Shown here in pieces: positions 8,281-23,600 of a stretch of DNA of 64,000 nt (the stretch's first letter is position 1; each line of letters opens with the position of its first letter). The notes under the pieces were generated by a model. That model worked only from the letters and a program-made list of their open reading frames with translations. It searched no databases and had not been told where the DNA came from. The DNA is from Eledone cirrhosa (taxonomy: Eukaryota): positions 408,332,001 through 408,396,000 of the forward strand of contig OZ024741.1 of the NCBI GenBank assembly GCA_964016885.1, read 5' to 3'. Both the position numbers and the translations under genes were made by a program.

Positions 8281-10935
8281 CACAAAAGCCTTCCCTAGTG
8301 AGGAATGTACATCCCAACATAGCTTAGTTGTCAGCGACCTCACGGTCAGAACTAGACGAGCCCTGAAACAGAGGCCAACCTGGAGAAGAAAGATCTGGAA
8401 GCTGAAAGTCCGCTCAACCAGTAACAGATTTAAAGATATTTTACTCAACGCCTACGACAGTAAAGAAGAACAGATAGAGACATTTAACGTAGAAGAGAAC
8501 TGGGAGTTCCTAAAAAATAACTTACTAGAGGCGACGGATGAGGTTTGTGGCTGGAGTAAGACCTCAAGGAGGAGGAGAGTGACTTGGTGGTGGAACAATA
8601 AGGTAGATGAAGCAGTCAAGGCCAAGAGACAGGCATGGAAAGAATGGAAGAACGGGGGGGAGCAGGGTACATTACATAGAGACCAAGAGGGAAGCTAGGC
8701 GACAAGTATACTTAGCTAGGAGGGAAGCAGAGGATAGAAAATTCAAGCATGTTTTACAACGTGAGGACCAGAAACAGGAGGTATTCAAGATTGCGAGGCA
8801 GTGTGTCAGAGATAGTTGTGATGTCATTGGAGAGAAGTGTATCCGGAATGATAAAGGTGAGCTTGCCCTCACAAGTGCTGAGAAGAAAGATGCATGGAAG
8901 AGTCATTATGATAGATTACTAAATGAGGAGAATGCATGGGAAGAAGAGACCCTACCCCACGTAGACCCTATAGAGGGACCAGCAGTACAAGTCAGCGGCA
9001 GCGTAGTAAGTAAGGCAATCAGAGATATGAAGATAGGGAAGGCAACCGGTCCATCGGGTATAGCTGCCGAGATGCTGAAGGCATCTGGGTCTGTAGGTCA
9101 CACTATAACCACACGTATCGTTAACCAGGTAATACTAGAGGGGGCCATACCAAAAGATTGGTGCAGTAGCATCATTGTCAACTGCTACAAAGGTAAAGGC
9201 GATGCACTAGATAGAGGAAACTATAGAGGTATAAAGTTGATGGACCAGGTCATGAAAGTAACAGAAAGAGTTATAGCACAGCTGATTAGGGACCGGGTGA
9301 ATATAGACGAGATGCAATTTGGGTTTGTACCAGAGAAAGGCACCACTGATGCCCTCTTCCTTGTGAGGCAATTACAGGAAAAGTACCTAGCTAAAAGTAA
9401 GCCACTCTACTTGGCATTTGTCGACCTTGAGAAAGCCTTTGACAGAGTTCCACGTGCAGTAATCTGGTGGGCTCTTAGAAAACTAGGAGTAGATGAATGG
9501 CTTGTGAAAGCGGTACAAGCCATGTATAGGGGAGCAGTCAGCAAAGTTAGGATTGGCAATGAGTATAGCGAGGAATTTAGCGTACAGGTTGGGGTCCACC
9601 AGGGCTCTGTTCTTAGCCCTCTCCTGTTCATCATAGTCCTGCAGGCAATAACGGAGGAGTTTAAGACCGGATGCCCATGGGAACTCCTGTATGCTGATGA
9701 CCTCGCACTCATAGCTGAATCTATGGTAGAACTAGAGAATAAATTCCAAACCTGGAAGCAGGGACTAGAGAGAAAGGGCCTCAAAGTCAACATGACAAAG
9801 ACTAAGGTCCTTATAAGTAGACGAGAAAACAGAACCCAGATCCCCTCAGGGAAATGGCCTTGCTCAGTATGTAGGAAAGGTGTAGGTAGGAACTCCATTC
9901 TCTGCCCCAAATGCAAACAATGGGTACACAAGAGATGTAGCGGGGATCTCAGGAAGCTTAATTAAGAATGTAGGATTCACATGCAGCAGCTGTGCTGAAA
10001 CAGCAAGCAAACAGCCACAGGAAACAAGTACCACCAATCTCTGGGAGGGCCTTTCTGCTACCTAGGTGACCGAATTAGCAACGGAGGTGGGTGCTCAGAA
10101 AGTACAATAACTAGGGTAAGAACGGGATGGAAGAAGTTTAGGGAACTACTACCACTGCTAGCTGCAAAAGGCTTCTCCCTCAGAATGAAAGGCAGACTGT
10201 ATGATGCGTGTATCCGAACAGCGATGTTGCATGGTAGTGAGACCTGGGCGCTGAAGGTGGAAGACTTACGTAGATTAGAGAGAAACGAAGCCTGCATGCT
10301 CCGATGGATGTGTAACAGTAATATACGTGAACGACAAAGCATAAAGGAATTGTAAGAGAGACTGAGCATAAGAGGAATCAAATGCTGCGTGCAGGAGAGG
10401 CGGTTACGCTGGTATGGACATGTGATGCGTATGAAGGATGACAGCTGCATAAAAAGGTGCAGAGCACTAGAAGTTGATGGAAACCGCGGAGTGGGGAGAC
10501 CCAAGATGACTTGGGATGAGGTGATAAAAGCCGACCTTACCCAACTACACCTCTCAAAGTCAATGACACACGACCGTGACTTCTGGCGTCACGCAGTAAT
10601 ACAGGGTACCCGACCTCCCATGGGTACATGCTGAAGCATATAAACAATATGCCCCCCCCCCCACCGCAAGGTGGTCGTGGAGGTGCCACGGCAAAAAAGC
10701 ACCCAGCCCACACTGTAAAGTGGACGTGTAGGCGCCACGAAAAAGCACCCAGCACTCACTGTAAATGAGGTTTGTGTTAGGAAGGGCATCCAGCTGTAGA
10801 AATCAAGCCAGATCAGTTCCTGTATGAGCAAGGCATGGTCAGCCGACCAGACACTGCCCACAACAGGACAACCCGTCTAACCCATGCTAGCGTAGAAGAA
10901 CGGACGTAAAACGGTGATGATGATGATGATGATGA
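8281..10935 (+). mobile_element. RTE-clade LINE, 5'-truncated and decayed, with (GAT)n tail
   Basis: Starts at the end of the APE domain (SEECTSQHSLVVSDL); WWWN motif; RT motifs YKGKGD..NYRGI, QFGF, AFVDLEKAFDRV, GVHQGSVLSP, LYADD, FCYLG, LHGSETW, RLRWYGHV; 3' UTR ends aacccatgctagcg...gtaaaacggtgatgatgat. Confidence 0.95.
8283..10634 (+). pseudogene. Disrupted RTE ORF (end of endonuclease, RT, Cys-rich finger)
   Basis: Frameshift at the G7 run ~8654-8660, further disruption near 9950-10050, in-frame TAA at ~10353; pieces match track ORFs 8264..8698, 8607..9965 and 10389..10634. Confidence 0.88.
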
Positions 10936-14442
<3,507 letters not shown>

Positions 14443-14642
14443 NNNNNNNNNNNNNNNNNNNNNNNNNNNNNNNNNNNNNNNNNNNNNNNNNNNNNNNNNN
14501 NNNNNNNNNNNNNNNNNNNNNNNNNNNNNNNNNNNNNNNNNNNNNNNNNNNNNNNNNNNNNNNNNNNNNNNNNNNNNNNNNNNNNNNNNNNNNNNNNNNN
14601 NNNNNNNNNNNNNNNNNNNNNNNNNNNNNNNNNNNNNNNNNN
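14443..14642. other. Assembly gap (200 N)
   Basis: Run of N. Confidence 0.99.
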
Positions 14643-17600
14643 GAGAGACGAAAGATGGGGGAAAGAGAAAGTGAAAGAACGAGAGATGGAGGGAGAGAGA
14701 AAGAGAGCGAGAACGAGAGATGGACGGAGAGAGAAAGAGAGAGAGAACGAGAGATGGAGGGAAAGAGAGAGAGAGTGAGAGAACGAAAGATGGAGGGAAA
14801 GAGAGAAAGAGTGAGGGATGAGAGATGGAGGGAGAGAGCTAAAGAGTGAGAGAACGAGAGATGGAGGGAAAAGAGAGAGAAAGAGTGAGAGAACGAGAGA
14901 TGGAGGGAAAGAGAGAAAGAGAGAGAGAACGAAAGATGGGGGAAAGAGGAAGTGAAAGAACGAGAGATGGAGGTAGAGAGAAAGAGAGAGAGAACGAGAG
15001 ATGGAGGGAGAGAGAAAAGGAGAGAGAACTAGAGATGGAGGGAAAGAGAGAGAGAGTGAGAGAACGAAAGATGGAGGGAAAGAGAGAAAGAGTGAGGGAA
15101 CGAGAGATGGAGGGAGAGAGAAAGAGAGAGAGAACGAGAAATGGAGGGAAAGAGAGAGAAAGAGTGAGAGAACGAGAGATGGAGGGAAAGATAGAAAGAG
15201 TGAGAGAACGAGAGATGGAGGGAAAGACAGAAAGAGAGAGAGAACGAAAGATGGGGGAAAGAGAGAGAAAGAGTGAGAGAACGAGAGATGGAGGGAGAGA
15301 GAGAAAGAGTGAGAGAACGAGAGATGGAGAGAAGAGTGAGAGAACGAGAGATGGAGGGAAAGAGAGAAAGAGTGACAGAACGAGAGATGGAGGGAAAGAC
15401 AGAAAGAGAGAGAGAACGAAAGATGGGGGAAAGAGAGAGAAAGAGTGAGAGAACGAGAGATGGAGGGAGAGAGAGAAAGAGAGAGAGATGGAGGGAAAGA
15501 GAGAAAGAGTGAGAGAACGAGAGATGGAGGGAAAGAGAGAAAGAGAGAGAGAGAACGAGAGATGGAGGGAAAGAGAAAGAGAGAGAACGAGAGATGGAGG
15601 GAAAGAGAGAAAGAGTGAGAGAACGAGAGATTTAGGGAAAGAGAGAAAGAGAGAGAGAACGAGAGATGGAGGGAAAGAGAAAGAGAGAGAACGAGAGATG
15701 GAGGGAAAGAGAGAAAGGGTGTGAGAACGAGAGATGGAGGGAAAGAGAAAAAGAGAGAGAGAACGAGAGATGGAGGGAAAGAGATAAAGAGTGAGAGACC
15801 GAGAGATGGAGGGAAAGAGAGAGAAAGAGTGAGAGAACGAGAGATGGAGGGAAAGATAGAAAGAGTGAGAGAACGAGAGATGGAGGGAAAGACAGAAAGA
15901 GAGAGAGAACGAAAGATGGGGGAAAGAGAGAGAAAGAGTGAGAGAACGAGAGATGGAGGGAGAGAGAGAAAGAGTGAGAGAACGAGAGATGGAGAGAAAG
16001 AGTGAGAGAACGAGAGATGGAGGGAAAGAGAGAAAGAGTGACAGAACGAGAGATGGAGGGAAAGACAGAAAGAGAGAGAGAACGAAAGATGGGGGAAAGA
16101 GAGAGAAAGAGTGAGAGAACGAGAGATGGAGGGAGAGAGAGAAAGAGAGAGAGATGGAGGGAAAGAGAGAAAGAGTGAGAGAACGAGAAATGGAGGGAAA
16201 GAGAGAAAGAGAGAGAGAGAACGAGAGATTTAGGGAAAGAGAGAAAGAGAGAGAGAACGAGAGATGGAGGGAAAGAGAAAGAGAGAGAACGAGAGATGGA
16301 GGGAAAGAGAGAAAGGGTGTGAGAACGAGAGATGGAGGGAAAGAGAAAAAGAGAGAGAGAACGAGAGATGGAGGGAAAGAGAGAAAGAGTGAGAGAACGA
16401 GAGATGGAGGGAAAGAGAAAGAGAGAGTACGATAGATGGAGGGAAAGAGAGAAAGAGTGAGAGAACGAGAGATGGAGGGAATGAGAGAAAGAGGGAGAGA
16501 ACGAGAGATGGAAGGAAAGAGAGAAAGTGAGAGAGAACGAGAGATGGAGGGAAAGAGAGAGAGACAGTGAGAGAACGAGAGATGGAGGGAAAGAGAGAAA
16601 GAGTGAGAGAACGAGAGATGGAGGGAAAGAGAGAAAGGGAGAGAGAACGAGAGATGGAGGGAAAGAGAGAAAGAGTGAGAGAACGAGAGATGGAGGGACA
16701 GAGAGAAAGAGAGAGAGAACGAGAAATTGAGGGAAAGAGAGAAAGGGAGAGAGAACGAGAGATGGAGGGAAAGAGAGAAAGAGTGAGAGAACGAGAGATG
16801 GAGGGAAAGAGAGAAAGAGTGAGAGAACGAGAGATGGAGGGAAAGAGAGAAAGAGTGAGAGAACGAGATATGGAGGGAAAGAGAGAAAGAGAGAGAGAAA
16901 GAGAGATGGAGGGAAAGAGAGAAAGAGAGAGAGAACGAGAGATGGAGGGAAAGAGAGAAAGAGTGAGAGAACGAAAGATGGAGGGAGAGAGAGAAAGAGT
17001 GAGAGAACGAAAGATGGAGGGAAAGAGAGAGAAAGAGTGTGAGAACGAAAGATGGAGGGAAAGAGAGAAAGATTGAGAGAACGAGAGATGGAGGGAAAGA
17101 GAGAAAGAGTGAGAGAACGAGAGATGGAGGGAAAGAGAGAAAGAGTGAGAGAACGAGAGATGGAGGGAAAGAGAGAAAGAGTGAGAGAACGAAAGATGGA
17201 GGGAAAGAGAGCAAGAGAGAGAGAACGAGAGATGGAGGGAAAGAGATAAAGGGAGAGAGAACGAGAGATGGAGGGAAAGAGAGAAAGAGTGAGAGAACGA
17301 GAGATGGAGGGAAAGACAGAAAGAGAGAGAGAAGGAAAGATGGGGGGAAAGGGAGAGAACGAGAGATGGAGGGAGAGAGAGAAAGAGTGAGACAAAGAGA
17401 GATGGAGAGAAAGAATGAGAGAACGAGAGCTGTAAGGAAAGAGAGAAAGAGTGAGAGAACGAGAGATGGAGGGAAAGAGAAAGAGAGAGAACGAGAGATG
17501 GAGGGAAAGAGAGAAAGGGTGAGAGAACGAGAGATGGAGGGAAAGAGAGAGAGAGTGAGAGAACGAGAGATGGAGGGAAAGAGAAAGAGAGAGAACGATA

Positions 17601-20600
17601 GATGGAGGGAAAGAGAGAAAGAGTGAGAGAACGAGAGATGGAGGGAAAGAGAGAAAGAGGGAGAGAACGAGAGATGGAAGGAAAGAGAGAAAGTGAGAGA
17701 GAACGAGAGATCGAGGGAAAGAGAGAGAGAGAGTGAGAGAACGAGAGATGGAGGGAAAGAGAGAAAGAGTGAGAAAACGAGAGATGGAGGGAAAGAGAGA
17801 AAGGGAGAGAGAACGAGAGATGGAGGGAAAGAGAGAAAGAGTGAGAGAACGAGAGATGGAGGGACAGAGAGAAAGAGAGAGAGAACGAGAAATTGAGGGA
17901 TAGAGAGAAAGGGAGAGAGAACGAGAGATGGAGGGAAATAGAGAAAGAGTGAGAGAACGAGAGATGGAGGGAAAGAGAGAAAGAGTGAGAGAACGAGAGA
18001 TGGAGGGAAAGAGAGAAAGAGTGAGAGAACGAGAGATGGAGGGAAAGAGAGAAAGAGAGAGAGAAAGAGAGATGGAGGGAAAGAGAGAAAGAGAGAGAGA
18101 ACGAGAGATGGAGGGAAAGAGAGAAAGAGTGAGAGAACGAAAGATGGAGGGAGAGAGAGAAAGAGTGTGAGAACGAAAGATGGAGGGAAAGAGAGAAAGA
18201 GTGAGAGAACGAGAGATGGAGGGAAAGAGAGCAAGAGAGAGAGAACGAGAGATGGAGGGAAAGAGATAAAGGGAGAGAGAACGAGAGATGGAGGGAAAGA
18301 GAGAAAGAGTGAGAGAACGAGAGATGGAGGGAAAGAGAGAAAGAGTGAGAGAACGAGAGATGGAGGGAAAGAGAGAAAGAGTGAGAGAACGAGAGATGGA
18401 GGGAAAGACAGAAAGAGAGAGAGAACGAAAGGTGGGGAAAGAGAGAGAACGAGAGATGGAGGGAGAGAGAGAAAGAGTGAGACAAAGAGAGATGGAGAGA
18501 AAGAATGAGAGAACGAGAGCTGGAAGGAAAGAGAGAAAGAGTGAGAGAACGAGAGATGGAGGGAAAGACAGAAAGAGAGAGAGAACGAAAGATGGGGGAA
18601 AGAGAGAGAAAGAGTAAGAGAACGAAACATGGAGGGAAAGAGAGAAAGAGTGAGAGAACGAGAGATGGAGGGAAAGAGAGAAAGAGAGAGAGAACGAGAG
18701 ATGGAGGGAAAGAGAGAAAGGTAGGGAGAACGAGAGATGGATGGAAAGAGAGAAAGAGTGAGAGAACGAGAGATGGAGGGAGAGAGAGAAAGAGTGAGAG
18801 AACGAGAGTTGGAGGGAAAGAGAGAAAGGTAGAGAGAACGAGAGATGGAGGAAAAGAGAGAAAGAGTGAGAGAACGAGAGATGGAGGGAGTGAGAGAAAG
18901 AGTGAGAGAACGAAAGATGGGGGAAAGAGAGAGAAAGAGTGAGAGAACGAGAGATGGAGGGAGAGAGAGAAAGAGAGAGAGATGGAGGGAAAGAGAGAAA
19001 GAGTGAGAGAACGAGAGATGGAGGGAAAGAGAGAAAGAGAGAGAGAGAACGAGAGATGGAGGGAAAGAGAAAGAGAGAGAACGAGAGATGGAGGGAAAGA
19101 GAGAAAGAGTGAGAGAACGAGAGATTTAGGGAAAGAGAGAAAGAGAGAGAGAACGAGAGATGGAGGGAAAGAGAAAGAGAGAGAACGAGAGATGGAGGGA
19201 AAGAGAGAAAGGGTGAGAGAACGAGAGATGGAGGGAAAGACAGAAAGAGAGAGAGAACGAAAGATGGGGGAAAGAGAGAGAAAGAGTGAGAGAACGAGAG
19301 ATGGAGGGAGAGAGAGAAAGAGTGAGAGAACGAGAGATGGAGAGAAAGAGTGAGAGAACGAGAGATGGAGGGAAAGAGAGAAAGAGTGACAGAACGAGAG
19401 ATGGAGGGAAAGACAGAAAGAGAGAGAGAACGAAAGATGGGGGAAAGAGAGAGAAAGAGTGAGAGAACGAGAGATGGAGGGAGAGAGAGAAAGAGAGAGA
19501 GATGGAGGGAAAGAGAGAAAGAGTGAGAGAACGAGAGATGGAGGGAAAGAGAGAAAGAGAGAGAGAGAACGAGAGATGGAGGGAAAGAGAAAGAGAGAGA
19601 ACGAGAGATGGAGGGAAAGAGAGAAAGAGTGAGAGAACGAGAGATTTAGGGAAAGAGAGAAAGAGAGAGAGAACGAGAGATGGAGGGAAAGAGAAAGAGA
19701 GAGAACGAGAGATGGAGGGAAAGAGAGAAAGGGTGTGAGAACGAGAGATGGAGGGAAAGAGAAAAAGAGAGAGAGAACGAGAGATGGAGGGAAAGAGATA
19801 AAGAGTGAGAGACCGAGAGATGGAGGGAAAGAGAGAGAAAGAGTGAGAGAACGAGAGATGGAGGGAAAGATAGAAAGAGTGAGAGAACGAGAGATGGAGG
19901 GAAAGACAGAAAGAGAGAGAGAACGAAAGATGGGGGAAAGAGAGAGAAAGAGTGAGAGAACGAGAGATGGAGGGAGAGAGAGAAAGAGTGAGAGAACGAG
20001 AGATGGAGAGAAAGAGTGAGAGAACGAGAGATGGAGGGAAAGAGAGAAAGAGTGACAGAACGAGAGATGGAGGGAAAGACAGAAAGAGAGAGAGAACGAA
20101 AGATGGGGGAAAGAGAGAGAAAGAGTGAGAGAACGAGAGATGGAGGGAGAGAGAGAAAGAGAGAGAGATGGAGGGAAAGAGAGAAAGAGTGAGAGAACGA
20201 GAAATGGAGGGAAAGAGAGAAAGAGAGAGAGAGAACGAGAGATGGAGGGAAAGAGAAAGAGAGAGAACGAGAGATGGAGGGAAAGAGAGAAAGAGTGAGA
20301 GAACGAGAGATTTAGGGAAAGAGAGAAAGAGAGAGAGAACGAGAGATGGAGGGAAAGAGAAAGAGAGAGAACGAGAGATGGAGGGAAAGAGAGAAAGGGT
20401 GTGAGAACGAGAGATGGAGGGAAAGAGAAAAAGAGAGAGAGAACGAGAGATGGAGGGAAAGAGAGAAAGAGTGAGAGAACGAGAGATGGAGGGAAAGAGA
20501 AAGAGAGAGTACGATAGATGGAGGGAAAGAGAGAAAGAGTGAGAGAACGAGAGATGGAGGGAATGAGAGAAAGAGGGAGAGAACGAGAGATGGAAGGAAA

Positions 20601-23600
20601 GAGAGAAAGTGAGAGAGAACGAGAGATGGAGGGAAAGAGAGAGAGACAGTGAGAGAACGAGAGATGGAGGGAAAGAGAGAAAGAGTGAGAGAACGAGAGA
20701 TGGAGGGAAAGAGAGAAAGGGAGAGAGAACGAGAGATGGAGGGAAAGAGAGAAAGAGTGAGAGAACGAGAGATGGAGGGACAGAGAGAAAGAGAGAGAGA
20801 ACGAGAAATTGAGGGAAAGAGAGAAAGGGAGAGAGAACGAGAGATGGAGGGAAAGAGAGAAAGAGTGAGAGAACGAGAGATGGAGGGAAAGAGAGAAAGA
20901 GTGAGAGAACGAGAGATGGAGGGAAAGAGAGAAAGAGTGAGAGAACGAGATATGGAGGGAAAGAGAGAAAGAGAGAGAGAAAGAGAGATGGAGGGAAAGA
21001 GAGAAAGAGAGAGAGAACGAGAGATGGAGGGAAAGAGAGAAAGAGTGAGAGAACGAAAGATGGAGGGAGAGAGAGAAAGAGTGAGAGAACGAAAGATGGA
21101 GGGAAAGAGAGAGAAAGAGTGTGAGAACGAAAGATGGAGGGAAAGAGAGAAAGATTGAGAGAACGAGAGATGGAGGGAAAGAGAGAAAGAGTGAGAGAAC
21201 GAGAGATGGAGGGAAAGAGAGAAAGAGTGAGAGAACGAGAGATGGAGGGAAAGAGAGAAAGAGTGAGAGAACGAAAGATGGAGGGAAAGAGAGCAAGAGA
21301 GAGAGAACGAGAGATGGAGGGAAAGAGATAAAGGGAGAGAGAACGAGAGATGGAGGGAAAGAGAGAAAGAGTGAGAGAACGAGAGATGGAGGGAAAGACA
21401 GAAAGAGAGAGAGAAGGAAAGATGGGGGGAAAGGGAGAGAACGAGAGATGGAGGGAGAGAGAGAAAGAGTGAGACAAAGAGAGATGGAGAGAAAGAATGA
21501 GAGAACGAGAGCTGTAAGGAAAGAGAGAAAGAGTGAGAGAACGAGAGATGGAGGGAAAGAGAAAGAGAGAGAACGAGAGATGGAGGGAAAGAGAGAAAGG
21601 GTGAGAGAACGAGAGATGGAGGGAAAGAGAGAGAGAGTGAGAGAACGAGAGATGGAGGGAAAGAGAAAGAGAGAGAACGATAGATGGAGGGAAAGAGAGA
21701 AAGAGTGAGAGAACGAGAGATGGAGGGAAAGAGAGAAAGAGGGAGAGAACGAGAGATGGAAGGAAAGAGAGAAAGTGAGAGAGAACGAGAGATCGAGGGA
21801 AAGAGAGAGAGAGAGTGAGAGAACGAGAGATGGAGGGAAAGAGAGAAAGAGTGAGAAAACGAGAGATGGAGGGAAAGAGAGAAAGGGAGAGAGAACGAGA
21901 GATGGAGGGAAAGAGAGAAAGAGTGAGAGAACGAGAGATGGAGGGACAGAGAGAAAGAGAGAGAGAACGAGAAATTGAGGGATAGAGAGAAAGGGAGAGA
22001 GAACGAGAGATGGAGGGAAATAGAGAAAGAGTGAGAGAACGAGAGATGGAGGGAAAGAGAGAAAGAGTGAGAGAACGAGAGATGGAGGGAAAGAGAGAAA
22101 GAGTGAGAGAACGAGAGATGGAGGGAAAGAGAGAAAGAGAGAGAGAAAGAGAGATGGAGGGAAAGAGAGAAAGAGAGAGAGAACGAGAGATGGAGGGAAA
22201 GAGAGAAAGAGTGAGAGAACGAAAGATGGAGGGAGAGAGAGAAAGAGTGTGAGAACGAAAGATGGAGGGAAAGAGAGAAAGAGTGAGAGAACGAGAGATG
22301 GAGGGAAAGAGAGCAAGAGAGAGAGAACGAGAGATGGAGGGAAAGAGATAAAGGGAGAGAGAACGAGAGATGGAGGGAAAGAGAGAAAGAGTGAGAGAAC
22401 GAGAGATGGAGGGAAAGAGAGAAAGAGTGAGAGAACGAGAGATGGAGGGAAAGAGAGAAAGAGTGAGAGAACGAGAGATGGAGGGAAAGACAGAAAGAGA
22501 GAGAGAACGAAAGGTGGGGAAAGAGAGAGAACGAGAGATGGAGGGAGAGAGAGAAAGAGTGAGACAAAGAGAGATGGAGAGAAAGAATGAGAGAACGAGA
22601 GCTGGAAGGAAAGAGAGAAAGAGTGAGAGAACGAGAGATGGAGGGAAAGACAGAAAGAGAGAGAGAACGAAAGATGGGGGAAAGAGAGAGAAAGAGTAAG
22701 AGAACGAAACATGGAGGGAAAGAGAGAAAGAGTGAGAGAACGAGAGATGGAGGGAAAGAGAGAAAGAGAGAGAGAACGAGAGATGGAGGGAAAGAGAGAA
22801 AGGTAGGGAGAACGAGAGATGGATGGAAAGAGAGAAAGAGTGAGAGAACGAGAGATGGAGGGAGAGAGAGAAAGAGTGAGAGAACGAGAGTTGGAGGGAA
22901 AGAGAGAAAGGTAGAGAGAACGAGAGATGGAGGGAAAGAGAGAAAGAGTGAGAGAACGAGAGATGGAGGGAGTGAGAGAAAGAGTGAGAGAACGAGAGAT
23001 GGCGGGAAAGAGAGAAAGAGTGAGAGAACGAGATATGGAGGGAAAGAGAGAAAGAGAGAGAGAACGAGAGATGGAGGGAAAGGGAGAAAGAAAGAGAGAA
23101 CGAGAGATGGAGGGAAAGAGAGAAAGTGTGAGAGAACGAAAGATGGAGGGAGAGAGAAAAAGAGTGAGAGAACGAAAGATGGAGGGAAAGAGAGAGAAAG
23201 AGTGAGAGAACGAAAGATGGAGGGAAAGAGAGAGAAAGAGTGAGAGAACGAAAGATGGAGGGAAAGAGAGAGAAAGAGTGAGAGAACGAGAGATGGAGGG
23301 AAAGACAGAAAGAGAGAGAGAACGAAAGATGGGGGAAAGAGAGAGAAAGAGTGAGAGAACGAGAGATGGAGGGAGAGAGAGAAAAAGAGAGAGAGATGGA
23401 GGGAAAGAGAGAAAGAGTGAGAGAACGAGAGATGGAGGGAAAGAGAGAAAGAGAGAGAGAGAACGAGAGATGGAGGGAAAGAGAAAGAGAGAGAACGAGA
23501 GATGGAGGGAAAGAGAGAAAGAGTGAGAGAACGAGAGATTTAGGGAAAGAGAGAAAGAGAGAGAGAACGAGAGATGGAGGGAAAGAGAAAGAGAGAGAAC

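Noticed and set aside
1548-10861. Short minus-strand ORFs opposite the PLE-1 and RTE ORFs
   Set aside because: Antisense shadows of the TE coding strands with no recognisable motifs.
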